Assembly (NCBI GenBank): GCA_020050355.1
Contig: JAGVKT010000036.1
Span: forward strand, 130,669 to 194,668
Source: Gammaproteobacteria bacterium
Lineage (GTDB): Bacteria; Pseudomonadota; Gammaproteobacteria; Francisellales; CACEW01
Length of the DNA stretch: 64,000 bases
Direction: 5' to 3'
A program made the position numbers and the translations under genes. Below, one piece after another: positions 30,330-40,656 of this stretch (positions are counted from its first letter, which is position 1; each line of letters opens with the position of its first letter). Below the pieces are notes generated by a model. It ran no database searches. It saw only the letters and a list, made by a program, of their open reading frames with translations, and was not told the origin of the DNA.

Positions 30330-31274
30330 ATGACTAACCTTCGCCATGATTGGACTCCTGAAGAAGTAAGCGCGCTTTATAAGCTGCCGTTTATTGAGCT
30401 TGTTTTTCAGGCACAAGTAGCACATCGTAAATATTTTTCAGCAGATAAAATGCAATTTGCCAGTTTATTGAATATCAAAACAGGTACTTGTCCAGAAGAT
30501 TGCAAATATTGTCCTCAATCAGGTTTTTATAATACTGGTTTAAAAAAAGAAAACCTAATGTGTATTGAAGATGTTATTAGTGAAGCTAAAGCTGCTAAAG
30601 CCCGTGGCGCACAACGTTTTTGTATGGGTGCTGCATGGCGCAACCCCCCGAAAAAAGATTTGCCTAAAGTAGTTGAAATGATTAAAGCAGTAAAAGCTTT
30701 GGGCCTAGAAACTTGCGTAACTTTAGGCATGTTAGATGAGCCGCAAACGCAGACGCTTAAAGAGGCAGGACTAGATTTTTATAATCACAACTTAGATACT
30801 TCTCCTGAATATTATAAAGAAATTATTAGCACGCGTACTTATCAAGACCGATTGGATACGCTAGAAAATGTGCGTAATGCGGGCATCAAAGTGTGTTGTG
30901 GTGGCATTTTAGGCTTGGGCGAAACACGTGAAGATCGTATTGGTTTGTTGATCAATCTTGCCAATCTTCCTGAGCACCCACAGAGTGTTCCGATTAATAA
31001 ACTCATTCCAATTCCGGGTACGCCTTTAGCGCATAATGCGCCCATTGATAATTTTGAGTTTGTTAGAACGATTGCTGTTGCCAAAATCATGATGCCCAGT
31101 TCTTTTATTCGTTTAAGCGCAGGTCGGCATGATATGAGTTATGAGTTGCAGACCTTATGCTTTCTTGCAGGGGTGAATTCTATATTTTTAGGTGATAAAT
31201 TATTAACCGCAGAAAATGCTAGTTTGGATCGAGATCAAGAATTGATGGCTACGCTCGGTATTAGTAGTATTTAA
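30330..31274 (+). CDS. bioB: Biotin synthase
   Basis: Radical-SAM motif [11 protein letters not shown]. Start set at ATG 30330 (RBS AAGGA); the track start is a TTG 7 codons upstream. Confidence 0.93.
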   Translation: MTNLRHDWTPEEVSALYKLPFIELVFQAQVAHRKYFSADKMQFASLLNIKTGTCPEDCKYCPQSGFYNTGLKKENLMCIEDVISEAKAAKARGAQRFCMGAAWRNPPKKDLPKVVEMIKAVKALGLETCVTLGMLDEPQTQTLKEAGLDFYNHNLDTSPEYYKEIISTRTYQDRLDTLENVRNAGIKVCCGGILGLGETREDRIGLLINLANLPEHPQSVPINKLIPIPGTPLAHNAPIDNFEFVRTIAVAKIMMPSSFIRLSAGRHDMSYELQTLCFLAGVNSIFLGDKLLTAENASLDRDQELMATLGISSI

Positions 31275-31275
31275 T

Positions 31276-32451
31276 ATGTTTGAGCAGGTTTTAGCAGATC
31301 GACTTCAAGAATATCAAGGTCAACAGCTCTACCGCCAGCGTACACTGCTTGGCAAGCCTGAGACGCATCATTTAAAAGTTCAACATCAAGATCAAGTTTT
31401 GCTTTCGTTTTGTAGTAATGATTATTTAGGTTTAGCACATCATCCTCAAGTGGTTGAGGCCTACAAACAAGCGGCTGAAGCTTATGGCGTTGGTAGTGGT
31501 GCTTCGCACTTAATCAGTGGTTATCATCAGCCTCATTATGATTTGGAGCAAGCTTTTGCTAAATTTTTGCGACGTGATCGTGCGCTGCTTTTTAACACTG
31601 GTTATATGGCGAACATAGGCGTTTTACAAGCCTTGAGTCGTGAGCAAGACGTAATTTATCAGGATAAATTAAATCATGCCTCTTTAATTGATGCAGGTTT
31701 ACTCGCAAAAGCAAAGATGCAACGTTATGCACATCGAGATTTTACACATTTAAAAAATTTATTAGCACGGCAAACGCAAGGACAAAAATTTATCGTGACC
31801 GACGGTGTTTTTAGTATGGGAGGAGATCTTGCACCATTACCTGAATTAATAGCGCTTGCTCAGGCAGAGCAAGCTTGTTTAATTGTGGATGATGCCCATG
31901 GGATAGGTATTTTAGGTTCTAGTGGCGGGGGAGTAGCGGAGCATTTTAATGTTACTCAAAGAGAGCTTCCGGTATTGATTTGCCCTTTAGGCAAGGCTTT
32001 TGGTTGTTTTGGTGCGGTTGTTGCTGGAAGTGATTTGATCATTGAAAGCCTAGTGCAATTTGCGCGAACTTATATTTACACTACGGCAATACCACCAGCT
32101 TTAGCATGTGCTGCTTTGGCGAGTTTAAAAATAATTAGTGCTGAATCAAAACGACGTGAGTATTTATATGCATTGATTGATTATTTTAAAAAAGCAGCAG
32201 TAGCGCAAGGAATAGCATTAGTAGAATCTACAACTCCTATTCAATCGTTAATTTTGGGATCTGCTACGAGAGCTATTAATTTGCAAAAATATTTGTATGC
32301 GCATGGATTTTTAACTTCTAATATTCGACCACCGACGGTGCCTACGAATACCTCGCGTTTGCGCATTACGTTAAGTTGTTTGCATACGCATGAGCATATA
32401 GATCAACTCTTAAAAGCGATTAGTAACGCTCTAAATTTGAATAAAATATAA
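31276..32451 (+). CDS. bioF: 8-amino-7-oxononanoate synthase
   Basis: 391 aa. Contains SNDYLGL, DDAHG and the PLP-lysine context LGKAFG. Confidence 0.9.
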   Translation: MFEQVLADRLQEYQGQQLYRQRTLLGKPETHHLKVQHQDQVLLSFCSNDYLGLAHHPQVVEAYKQAAEAYGVGSGASHLISGYHQPHYDLEQAFAKFLRRDRALLFNTGYMANIGVLQALSREQDVIYQDKLNHASLIDAGLLAKAKMQRYAHRDFTHLKNLLARQTQGQKFIVTDGVFSMGGDLAPLPELIALAQAEQACLIVDDAHGIGILGSSGGGVAEHFNVTQRELPVLICPLGKAFGCFGAVVAGSDLIIESLVQFARTYIYTTAIPPALACAALASLKIISAESKRREYLYALIDYFKKAAVAQGIALVESTTPIQSLILGSATRAINLQKYLYAHGFLTSNIRPPTVPTNTSRLRITLSCLHTHEHIDQLLKAISNALNLNKI

Positions 32452-32470
32452 ACTGTACACGAGAAGTACC

Positions 32471-33124
32471 ATGGTGCAAAATTTAGTCCTTTTTCCAGGC
32501 TGGGGGTTTGACGCTCAGGTAATGAAGCCTCTGGCAGAAAAATTAGCATTGCATTATTGCGTAAACATTGCAGATTTAGTAGCACCCATTAAAAAGCTTC
32601 AAGCACAGATTCCTCCAGATGCAATTTTGATGGGTTGGTCTTTGGGTGGATTATTTGCATTAAGGTTAGCAAAATTGATGCCGGTAAAAAAAATCATTTT
32701 AATTGCTAGTAATCCCTGCTTTATTGCCCAAGATTATTGGCCTGGAATAAAACCTGACCTTTTTCATGAATTCAAAAATATTTTAAATACAAATAGCGCT
32801 GAGGCTCTGAAAAAATTTGCTTACTTGCAGGTGCAGGGGATGCTTGATGAACGCAAAGCTTATAAAAAAATTATAACTTATCTAACACATAGGGTATCAG
32901 CGCAAGCATTGCTTACAATTTTAGCGGAAGATATGCGCGATGTTTTAAAGCAGCTTAAATGCCCTGTACAATTTATTTTAGGTGCAAAAGATGTTCTGGT
33001 TCCTAGTACGTTGGCTCAAGAGCTAGAGATTTTAAAACCTGAAGCAAAAATTTCAATGCTAGAATCAGCAGCGCATGCGTCTATTTTATTTAATATCGAT
33101 GAGATCGTGCATCATGTTATTTGA
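32471..33124 (+). CDS. bioH: Pimeloyl-ACP methyl ester esterase (alpha/beta hydrolase, short BioH-type)
   Basis: 217 aa. Has the nucleophile elbow GWSLGG and a C-terminal AAH. It sits between bioF and bioC. Confidence 0.72.
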   Translation: MVQNLVLFPGWGFDAQVMKPLAEKLALHYCVNIADLVAPIKKLQAQIPPDAILMGWSLGGLFALRLAKLMPVKKIILIASNPCFIAQDYWPGIKPDLFHEFKNILNTNSAEALKKFAYLQVQGMLDERKAYKKIITYLTHRVSAQALLTILAEDMRDVLKQLKCPVQFILGAKDVLVPSTLAQELEILKPEAKISMLESAAHASILFNIDEIVHHVI

Positions 33125-33893
33125 AAAGCAAAAAATTCAACAATGTTTTAATAAAGCTGCTGCTACTTATGATCAAGCGGCAACTTTACAGCATGATACA
33201 GGTAAGCAATTGTTAAATCATTTGGAGCAACTTTCTGGTATGCATGAGTTGATTTTAGATGTAGGTGCTGGAACAGGATATTGCACGCATCTTTTAGCCA
33301 AGCGTTATCCTGCAGCAACTATTATTGGGATAGATTTCGCACAAAAAATGCTTGAGACAGCGCAAAAGAATGCTTTACCATCTGAGCAGTATATCTATGC
33401 AGATTTTGATAATTTGCCATTGCAAAAAAATTCTATAGACCTTATCTATGCTAATTTTGCCTGGCAGTGGAGTTTAGATTTAAAACTAACGCTTGAAGCT
33501 GCTAAGTTAGTACTTAAAAAAAATGGATATATTATTTTTTCAAGTTTAGGCCCACAAACACTGTGTGAGCTTCGTGCAGCCTTCGCAAGCATCGATCAGC
33601 ATCAGCATCTTAATGAGTTTTTATCTATTGATGAGGTAAAACAAAATTTGTTAACGTGTGATTTTAAAATTCTCGATTTAAAGCAGGAGCTTCAAACATT
33701 GTCATTTAATGATATATTTGAGTTAATGCGTAATTTAAAAAAAGTAGGTGCTAATTATGTGTTTAATAAAGATATTGAACATTTAAGTACGCGTCACTAT
33801 TTTGAGCGTTTGGCACAAGCTTACGAATGCTTTAAAATTGATGATAAATTGCCGGCAAGCTATGAAATTATTTATGGTCTCGTTCAAAAATGA
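33114..33893 (+). CDS. bioC: Malonyl-ACP O-methyltransferase
   Basis: 259 aa from ATG 33114. Contains FNKAAATYDQAATLQ, LDVGAGTG and YEIIYG. Overlaps the bioH stop by 11 nt. Confidence 0.85.
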   Translation: MLFEKQKIQQCFNKAAATYDQAATLQHDTGKQLLNHLEQLSGMHELILDVGAGTGYCTHLLAKRYPAATIIGIDFAQKMLETAQKNALPSEQYIYADFDNLPLQKNSIDLIYANFAWQWSLDLKLTLEAAKLVLKKNGYIIFSSLGPQTLCELRAAFASIDQHQHLNEFLSIDEVKQNLLTCDFKILDLKQELQTLSFNDIFELMRNLKKVGANYVFNKDIEHLSTRHYFERLAQAYECFKIDDKLPASYEIIYGLVQK

Positions 33894-34573
33894 GTAAACG
33901 TTTTTTTATTACTGGAACAGATACTGGCATTGGTAAAACTTATGTAAGCTGTAAATTGTTAGAATATTTTAATGCACAGGGTTTAAGAACGATTGCGTTG
34001 AAACCTATAGCTTCCGGCGCTCACCTTGTGCCGAATCAAGGTTTACGTAATGAAGATGCCTTGGCTTTGCAGCAGCATGCATCAGTTTATTTACCTTATG
34101 AGCAGGTCAATCCTATTTGCTTTGAGCCTGCTGTTGCGCCGCATATCGCTGCAGCCCAGGTGGGTTATAAGTTAACCTTAAAAAATATCTTAGCATCTTG
34201 CCAGGCAACTTTAGAGATTCCTGCAGATATTTATCTTATCGAAGGGGCGGGCGGCTGGTATACGCCTATCCATGGATTGCAAACGTTTGCTGATTTTGCT
34301 GCGAAGTTAGCTGCTGAGGTGGTTTTAGTAGTGGGAATGCGTTTGGGATGTATTAATCACAGTTTACTAACGATTAAAGCAATTAAGAGCCAAGGTTGTC
34401 AGCTTAAAGGATGGATTGCGAATAGTTATGAAGAAGAAAGAATGCCGTTTTTTGAAGAGAATCTGCATACGCTTGAAGCGTATATCGATGCACCATTGCT
34501 TGGCACTTTAATGCATCAAGGGAGCTTTTTAGGCTCCCTTGATAGTCAATTAAAGCAATCAATTATTTATTAG
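33890..34573 (+). CDS. bioD: Dethiobiotin synthetase
   Basis: 227 aa. Contains FFITGTDTGIGKT and LIEGAGGW. Confidence 0.9.
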   Translation: MSKRFFITGTDTGIGKTYVSCKLLEYFNAQGLRTIALKPIASGAHLVPNQGLRNEDALALQQHASVYLPYEQVNPICFEPAVAPHIAAAQVGYKLTLKNILASCQATLEIPADIYLIEGAGGWYTPIHGLQTFADFAAKLAAEVVLVVGMRLGCINHSLLTIKAIKSQGCQLKGWIANSYEEERMPFFEENLHTLEAYIDAPLLGTLMHQGSFLGSLDSQLKQSIIY

Positions 34574-35484
34574 CGAAAATTAACAAACATTTCGGGTGTT
34601 GGTGGTGCAAAAGTGCTATTGGGATTATTAGCAAAAGAGAGTGATACACGGGGCATGGGCATAGGCGCATAGCTTCTGCCTTCCGCAATCGCTTGTGCTG
34701 CCGTCATTGTGTTTATAACATTAATATAAGCACGGGAATGCATAGCTGCAGAAGCTAGTAGATTATCGTAAGTTTGAGCAAATCTGCTATGGGTAGAAGT
34801 ATCAGCAACGCCACCAAACCTTGAAAAATCAACTGGCATATTTTTTCGTTGCAATAAGCGAATAACTTTTTCAAGAACACCTCTGATTTCTGAATTTTTT
34901 TCTGGAGGTGCTGTTGGCGTAGGTATAGCAGCAGCGCCTTGCGGTAAAGTACCTGCTTTTTGAGCCTGAGAGGTTAGAATTTGTTTGTGTTCATGAGTAC
35001 GCACTAAGTCTTGAAGACTTTCGAAATCCGTGTCTTTTATAATTTCGGAAGCAACCTCATCAATAAAGCGCAAGAAATTTTCTAGCTGGCTTGCAAGGTC
35101 TAAGTTTATAGTAGTTTTTTTGTCGGTCGATAGGCTTTGTAAAAACGAAGATAATTTTACAGCTAAATCTGCTTTGCCTTCTACGCTCATAAACAGTTTG
35201 AGCATATGAATAAAGTTTTCGAGAGCTTCTTTAAGTCTGCTATTAAGTTCATCATCTGCTGCTGCGGAATATTCAAAAAGTGATTCAACGTATTGTTGAT
35301 AAATCAAGGCTAATTCACGAAGTTCTTTATCTAAAAAAGCATTAACTTCAGCTAGACCGCCCGATCTAAAAGCAGACCAAAGTTTTGCAATTTGCTCGAC
35401 TGAGGTTGCTTGGCTTTGTTTAAGCTCTAACAAAAACTCATCTAAAACATCTTGCAGGCTAACGTAAGATAGTTTGTTGGGCAT
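34570..35484 (-). CDS. Hypothetical protein, orphan (304 aa, helical N-terminal part, Pro-rich linker)
   Basis: A long ORF with a good candidate promoter. No family was recognised. Confidence 0.55.
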   Translation of the reverse strand: MPNKLSYVSLQDVLDEFLLELKQSQATSVEQIAKLWSAFRSGGLAEVNAFLDKELRELALIYQQYVESLFEYSAAADDELNSRLKEALENFIHMLKLFMSVEGKADLAVKLSSFLQSLSTDKKTTINLDLASQLENFLRFIDEVASEIIKDTDFESLQDLVRTHEHKQILTSQAQKAGTLPQGAAAIPTPTAPPEKNSEIRGVLEKVIRLLQRKNMPVDFSRFGGVADTSTHSRFAQTYDNLLASAAMHSRAYINVINTMTAAQAIAEGRSYAPMPMPRVSLSFANNPNSTFAPPTPEMFVNFR

Positions 35485-35518
35485 AAAGTATCCTAAAATT
35501 AAGCTTTAATTTTTGTAA

Positions 35519-35547
35519 ATTCTATCGTAAAAATTTAAGAAAATCAA
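35519..35547 (-). promoter_or_regulatory. Candidate sigma70 promoter of the 304-aa orphan
   Basis: The minus strand reads TTGATT (35547-35542), 17 nt spacer, TAGAAT (35524-35519). It lies about 35 nt upstream of ATG 35484. Confidence 0.4.
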
Positions 35548-35706
35548 GTAAAGTTATAGCACTATTTTTCGATGTTTGGCTAAAACTTTTCAAGATGTTA
35601 ATTTGTTGATTTTTATAGATAAATTTTTAATAAACATAAAATATAATGGCTTTTAATGCAAAAAATCTATATTATGCCGAGCAAAATAATTGCGTGCTAA
35701 ATTTTT

Positions 35707-37599
35707 ATGATTCAATTTAATAATGTCGCTTTACAGTTAGGTGATAAATTTTTGTTTACTGATATTAGTTTTACGTTGCACGCTAAAGAAAAAATTGGTT
35801 TGATTGGTCAGAATGGCGCGGGCAAGTCGACTTTATTTGCGATGTTACAAGGAGTAATTCATCCGGATAAAGGCGAAGTGCAATTACCAAAAAATTTGCG
35901 CTTAGCAACAGTAAAGCAGGAAACACCTGCACTTCCTATGACTGCGATTGAATATGTTCTTGATGGTGATGGTATTTATAGACAGCAACAGAAAGAAATT
36001 GCACAAGCGGAGGTGAGTGAGGATATTCATGAGTTAGGGCGCTTGCATGAATGGATGGAGCATACTGGGTTCTATGCTAAACCGGCACAAGCAGCGGCAT
36101 TGCTGAATGGTTTAGGATTTAGCTTTGAAGAGCAAAGCAGGCCTGTAGCTGAGTTTTCAGGGGGATGGCGCATGCGTTTGAATCTTGCGCAAGCTTTAAT
36201 TGCGCCTTCTGATGTGTTGCTTCTTGACGAGCCTACCAATCACTTGGATCTTGAGGCTGTCCTTTGGTTAGAAGATTGGCTTAAAAATTATCCTGGTATT
36301 TTATTGATCATTTCTCATGATCGAGAGTTTCTTGATAATGTAGTTAAGTATATTTTGTGGTTGGAGCAAGGCGTAATTAAAAGGTTTTCTGGAAATTACT
36401 CAGAATTTGAAATTCAGCGCGCAACGCAATTGATGCAACAACAAGCCGCGCTTGAAAAACAGCAACGTGAGCGCGCGCATTTGCAAAGTTATATCGATCG
36501 TTTTCGTGCTCAGGCCACAAAAGCAAGGCAAGCTCAAAGTCGGATAAAAGCCTTAGAGCGCATGGGAGAAGTTTTGGCGATGCATCAAAGCTCACCTTTT
36601 CATTTTTCTTTTTCTGAAGTAATGCTCACCACTCGGGCGAATTTGTTGCAACTGATCGATGCAGATATTGGCTATGAAAACAAAACTATATTAGAGCAAG
36701 TACAATTTGCTATAGCATCGGGTGAACGCTTAGGGTTACTGGGTCCTAATGGTGCCGGCAAGTCGACTTTGATTAAAAGTTTAGCAGGTACCATTCCTTT
36801 ATTAAAAGGCGAGCGTAAAGTCAATCAGCATTTAAAATTAGGTTATTTTTCTCAACATCAATTAGATATTCTAGTAGAAAAAGAATCACCATTTTGGCAT
36901 TTTCGGGAGCTCAGTCCTCATGCTGCAGAGCCGACGTTACGTAAATTTTTGGGCCAGTTTAATTTTAGTGGTGATAATATTTTTAAGCCCATTAGTTATT
37001 TTTCTGGGGGAGAAAAAGCGCGTTTGGCCTTAGCTTTGATTATTTGGCAAAAGCCGAATTTGTTGCTTCTTGATGAACCTACTAATCATTTGGATATAGA
37101 GATGCGCCAAGCATTGATTTTAGCTTTGCAGGATTATACGGGCGCAGTGATTGTTATTTCTCATGATCGGCATTTAATTCGTGCAACTACGGATGTTCTT
37201 TATCTTGTTTATCAAGGTCGGGTAGAAGAGTTTAAAGGTAGTATTGATGATTATCCAGATTGGTGGAAAAAAGAACAAAAAAAACACATAACCCCAACAG
37301 CTGTCACTAAAAAAAATAATCGTAAAGAAGAACAGCGTGAACTTGCAGAGCAGCGCGCTCTAAAACAAAAATATATCAAAGCCTGTGAAAATTATGAAGC
37401 ATCATTAGGTCGCCTGCAAGAAAAGTTATCGATTTTAAGCGCTCAGTTACAAGCCCCAGATCTCTATGAGCCTGGCAATAAAAATAAGCTCACACAATTG
37501 TTAAAAGATCAAAAACAAATTCAACAAGAAATTCTTGTCACGGAAGAAGCATTATTACAAGTTATGAGTCAACTTGAAAAAGATTTTTTAGAGGATTAA
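35707..37599 (+). CDS. yheS: ABC-F family ATPase (YheS-like)
   Basis: 630 aa with two ABC domains (GQNGAGKST / GPNGAGKST). FSGGWRMRLNLAQAL and HLQSYIDRFRAQATKARQAQSRIKALERM are near-identical to E. coli YheS. Ends in a C-terminal coiled coil. Confidence 0.85.
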   Translation: MIQFNNVALQLGDKFLFTDISFTLHAKEKIGLIGQNGAGKSTLFAMLQGVIHPDKGEVQLPKNLRLATVKQETPALPMTAIEYVLDGDGIYRQQQKEIAQAEVSEDIHELGRLHEWMEHTGFYAKPAQAAALLNGLGFSFEEQSRPVAEFSGGWRMRLNLAQALIAPSDVLLLDEPTNHLDLEAVLWLEDWLKNYPGILLIISHDREFLDNVVKYILWLEQGVIKRFSGNYSEFEIQRATQLMQQQAALEKQQRERAHLQSYIDRFRAQATKARQAQSRIKALERMGEVLAMHQSSPFHFSFSEVMLTTRANLLQLIDADIGYENKTILEQVQFAIASGERLGLLGPNGAGKSTLIKSLAGTIPLLKGERKVNQHLKLGYFSQHQLDILVEKESPFWHFRELSPHAAEPTLRKFLGQFNFSGDNIFKPISYFSGGEKARLALALIIWQKPNLLLLDEPTNHLDIEMRQALILALQDYTGAVIVISHDRHLIRATTDVLYLVYQGRVEEFKGSIDDYPDWWKKEQKKHITPTAVTKKNNRKEEQRELAEQRALKQKYIKACENYEASLGRLQEKLSILSAQLQAPDLYEPGNKNKLTQLLKDQKQIQQEILVTEEALLQVMSQLEKDFLED

Positions 37600-37679
37600 A
37601 TTCGGCGTCTTTGATATAATGCACCCACTGCATTTTGTATATGAGCATAATTTTAAATGAGTGAAGGAATGTACGATTG

Positions 37680-38555
37680 ATGACAGCACAAATTCTAGAC
37701 GGTAAAGCTTTAGCAGAGCAGCTTAAAGGGACGTTAAAAAATAATGTCATAACACTCAAAAATAAAATAGGTCGTGTGCCTGGTATTGCGGTGGTCCTTG
37801 TGGGTGATGATCCTGCTTCGCAAGTTTATGTAAACAATAAATTGAAATGCGCTGAAATGATTGGTGTTAAGGCGTTCACTTATAAATTTAATGCCGATAT
37901 TTCTGAAACCGCTTTAGTAGCTCAAATTGATGCTCTTAATAAAGATTCTAATGTTGATGGTATTTTGGTGCAATTGCCTTTGCCGCAACATCTTCGTGCT
38001 GAGGTGGTTTTAACTAAGATATTAGCAAGTAAAGATATTGATGGTTTTCATGTAGAAAATATAGGCCGTTTAGCATTAAAACAAACAGGTTTGCATCCCT
38101 GTACGCCGAAAGGCATTATGACTTTATTAAAGCATTATGTCGGTGACATTAAAGGGATGAATGCAGTAGTTATTGGCGCGTCCAATATTGTAGGCCGTCC
38201 CATGGCATTGGAGCTTTTGAATGCACGCTGCACAGTGACGATTTGTCATCGTGCTACTAAAGATCTGGCAGATGAAACTCGACGCGCAGATTTAATCGTT
38301 GTTGCAGCCGGTGTGCCACATATTCTTAATGATGTCATGGTTAAACCAGGCGTTATTGTTGTTGACGTTGGCATTCACCGCCTTCCGGATGGCTCACTTA
38401 CGGGTGATGTTGATTTTAAAAAAGTAGCGCCTCTTGCTGCTTGGATTAGCCCAGTTCCAGGCGGCGTGGGCCCAATGACTGTGGTCACCTTAATGCAGAA
38501 TTTACTCTTGGCAACAGAAATGGCGCATCATGCGGAGTCTATTCATTCAACATGA
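37680..38555 (+). CDS. folD: Methylenetetrahydrofolate dehydrogenase/cyclohydrolase
   Basis: Contains MTAQILDGKALA, DGILVQLPLP and GASNIVGRPMA. The ATG at 37680 is preferred over the TTG at 37677. Confidence 0.93.
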   Translation: MTAQILDGKALAEQLKGTLKNNVITLKNKIGRVPGIAVVLVGDDPASQVYVNNKLKCAEMIGVKAFTYKFNADISETALVAQIDALNKDSNVDGILVQLPLPQHLRAEVVLTKILASKDIDGFHVENIGRLALKQTGLHPCTPKGIMTLLKHYVGDIKGMNAVVIGASNIVGRPMALELLNARCTVTICHRATKDLADETRRADLIVVAAGVPHILNDVMVKPGVIVVDVGIHRLPDGSLTGDVDFKKVAPLAAWISPVPGGVGPMTVVTLMQNLLLATEMAHHAESIHST

Positions 38556-39568
38556 AGTTAGCTGATTTTGATTATCAACTTCCTGAGCATCTTATTGCTC
38601 AATATCCACTATCCAAGCGTACTGATAGCCGTTTGTTAAAAGTAGATGTGTTCAAGCATGCATTGACGCATCATGTTTTTAAAGAATTGCCTGTACTGTT
38701 ACAACCTACGGATTTATTGGTTTTTAATGATACTAAAGTTCTGCCTGCGCGTTTATACGCACATAAACCTACCGGAGGTAAGGTTGAAATTTTATTGGAG
38801 CGAATTCTTAAGCCGGATGAAATACTCGCGCATTGTCGTGCGAGTAATTTAAAGCCAGGGCATGAACTAATCATCGATGCGCAAGTTAAATTTGAGGTTC
38901 TACAGCAAGAGCGCTTATATCATCTTAAATTGGTGAGTAATTTATCTTTGATGGAAGTACTAAATCGTTATGGACATATTCCTTTGCCTCCTTATGTAGA
39001 GCGTGCTGATCAGGACTTTGATAAAGAGCGTTATCAAACAATTTATGCAAATATTGCTGGATCCGCTGCAGCGCCTACTGCCGGATTACATTTTGATGAT
39101 GAGATTTTTGCTGCATTAGCAGCGCAAGGCATTGAGCATACTTTTGTAACTCTGCATGTGGGTGCTGGTACTTTTCAACCTGTTAAAACTGAAGATATCA
39201 GTAAACATATCATGCATACAGAAATTTATGAAATAAACGCAGAAGCTGCTCAAAAAATTAATGAAGCCAAACGTGCAGGGCGCCGAGTCATTGCTGTTGG
39301 CACGACCTCAGTACGTACACTAGAAACCGCAGCAGAAGGCGCGTATGTTAAGAAAGGGCAGAGCGTGACAAATATTTTTATTTATCCCGGCTATACCTTT
39401 AAAATAGTGGATGGCATGATTACTAATTTTCACTTACCCAGATCTTCTTTATTGATGCTCGTTGCTGCATTCGCAGGTTTGGATTTAATTAAATCAGTTT
39501 ATGAGTTAGCCATAAAAGAAAGTTATCGCTTTTTTAGTTATGGTGATGCGATGTTGTTATTGAGATGA
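38552..39568 (+). CDS. queA: S-adenosylmethionine:tRNA ribosyltransferase-isomerase
   Basis: 338 aa. Contains MKLADFDYQLPEHLIAQYP, GSAAAPTAGLHF and FFSYGDAML. Confidence 0.93.
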   Translation: MKLADFDYQLPEHLIAQYPLSKRTDSRLLKVDVFKHALTHHVFKELPVLLQPTDLLVFNDTKVLPARLYAHKPTGGKVEILLERILKPDEILAHCRASNLKPGHELIIDAQVKFEVLQQERLYHLKLVSNLSLMEVLNRYGHIPLPPYVERADQDFDKERYQTIYANIAGSAAAPTAGLHFDDEIFAALAAQGIEHTFVTLHVGAGTFQPVKTEDISKHIMHTEIYEINAEAAQKINEAKRAGRRVIAVGTTSVRTLETAAEGAYVKKGQSVTNIFIYPGYTFKIVDGMITNFHLPRSSLLMLVAAFAGLDLIKSVYELAIKESYRFFSYGDAMLLLR

Positions 39569-39569
39569 G

Positions 39570-40052
39570 TTATTTTTTCTTTTGCTTTTCTGGTAATACT
39601 GAAGAGTGGTGTTCAATAATAAGCCACTGATCATTTTCTTTTAAATACACAAAAGTAAAGCGGGCGGGCACTTCAATCGTATGGTGATGGGGTCCGAGAT
39701 AACTAAAAGTATAAAGTCCAGAATTAACTGCAACCGTATCATTAGCATAGACCCGTGGATGTTCTTGATCAAAAATAACCTGTAGTTGTGGTTTTGCGGT
39801 TAACTTCACAAAATAATTATAAAGATTTTGTGGCGTAGTGATCTCATTCACAAAGGTTGGGTAAAAATAAGCATTGTTATCATAAAGTGCTACAATTGCC
39901 TTGGGGTTGCGCGCATCAATTGCTTGTTGCCAATTCTCGCTGGCATTGAGCACATTTTGTTGTTCAGGCGTATACGCGGCTGTTGGTGTTACTGCAAAAA
40001 CAAAAGAGAAATTAGCAAAAAGACTGGCTGCTAATAATAATTTTTTAATCAT
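39570..40052 (-). CDS. Secreted NTF2-like (DUF4440/SnoaL-like) protein
   Basis: 160 aa. Signal peptide MIKKLLLAASLFANFSFVFA, then an alpha+beta cone-like pattern ending WLIIEHHSS. Its start overlaps the ribE stop (ATGA). Confidence 0.5.
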   Translation of the reverse strand: MIKKLLLAASLFANFSFVFAVTPTAAYTPEQQNVLNASENWQQAIDARNPKAIVALYDNNAYFYPTFVNEITTPQNLYNYFVKLTAKPQLQVIFDQEHPRVYANDTVAVNSGLYTFSYLGPHHHTIEVPARFTFVYLKENDQWLIIEHHSSVLPEKQKKK

Positions 40053-40645
40053 GATTGCTCCTGTTTGATAAAGTTTTTGAGATATTTTGCCAACATATCA
40101 ACTTCAAGATTAACAAATGTTCCTACCCGATAATATTGCGCGATAGTGGCCTGCAGTGTATGCGGAATCAAGGTCACTCGGAATATTGATGCTACGATAT
40201 CAATGATGGTGATGCTCATTCCGTCAATGGCGATAAAACCTTTATTGATCAAATAAGGTCGCAAATTTTCAGAGAAACGAATGCTGACCAACCAGGCACT
40301 GTCCTCAAGAGTAATATCAACAATCTCACCCAAGGCATCAACATGCCCTTGCAATAAATGGCCGCCAATACGTTGTTGTAAAGTCATGGCGCGTTCAAGA
40401 TTAACTAAAGAGTTTTCTGTGAGCATGCTAAAATTAGTACAGCGTAAAGTTTCGGCAACGACTTCAACGTAAAATCCTTCTGAATTGAATTCAGTCACTG
40501 TTAGACAAGTACCATTGATGGCAATGCTATCACCTATTTTAAGATCGCTTAATACGGTTACACAACCAACAAAAATTTTTAATCCCATTAAAGTTTTAAC
40601 CAAGGCTTTAATGACACCAATCTCTTCAACTATGCCAGTAAACAT
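40049..40645 (-). CDS. ribE: Riboflavin synthase (alpha chain)
   Basis: 198 aa. MFTGIVEEIG ... GDSIAINGTCLTV, with the duplicated barrel (IDGMSITI). Confidence 0.9.
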   Translation of the reverse strand: MFTGIVEEIGVIKALVKTLMGLKIFVGCVTVLSDLKIGDSIAINGTCLTVTEFNSEGFYVEVVAETLRCTNFSMLTENSLVNLERAMTLQQRIGGHLLQGHVDALGEIVDITLEDSAWLVSIRFSENLRPYLINKGFIAIDGMSITIIDIVASIFRVTLIPHTLQATIAQYYRVGTFVNLEVDMLAKYLKNFIKQEQS

Positions 40646-40656
40646 AAAAAGTCCTA

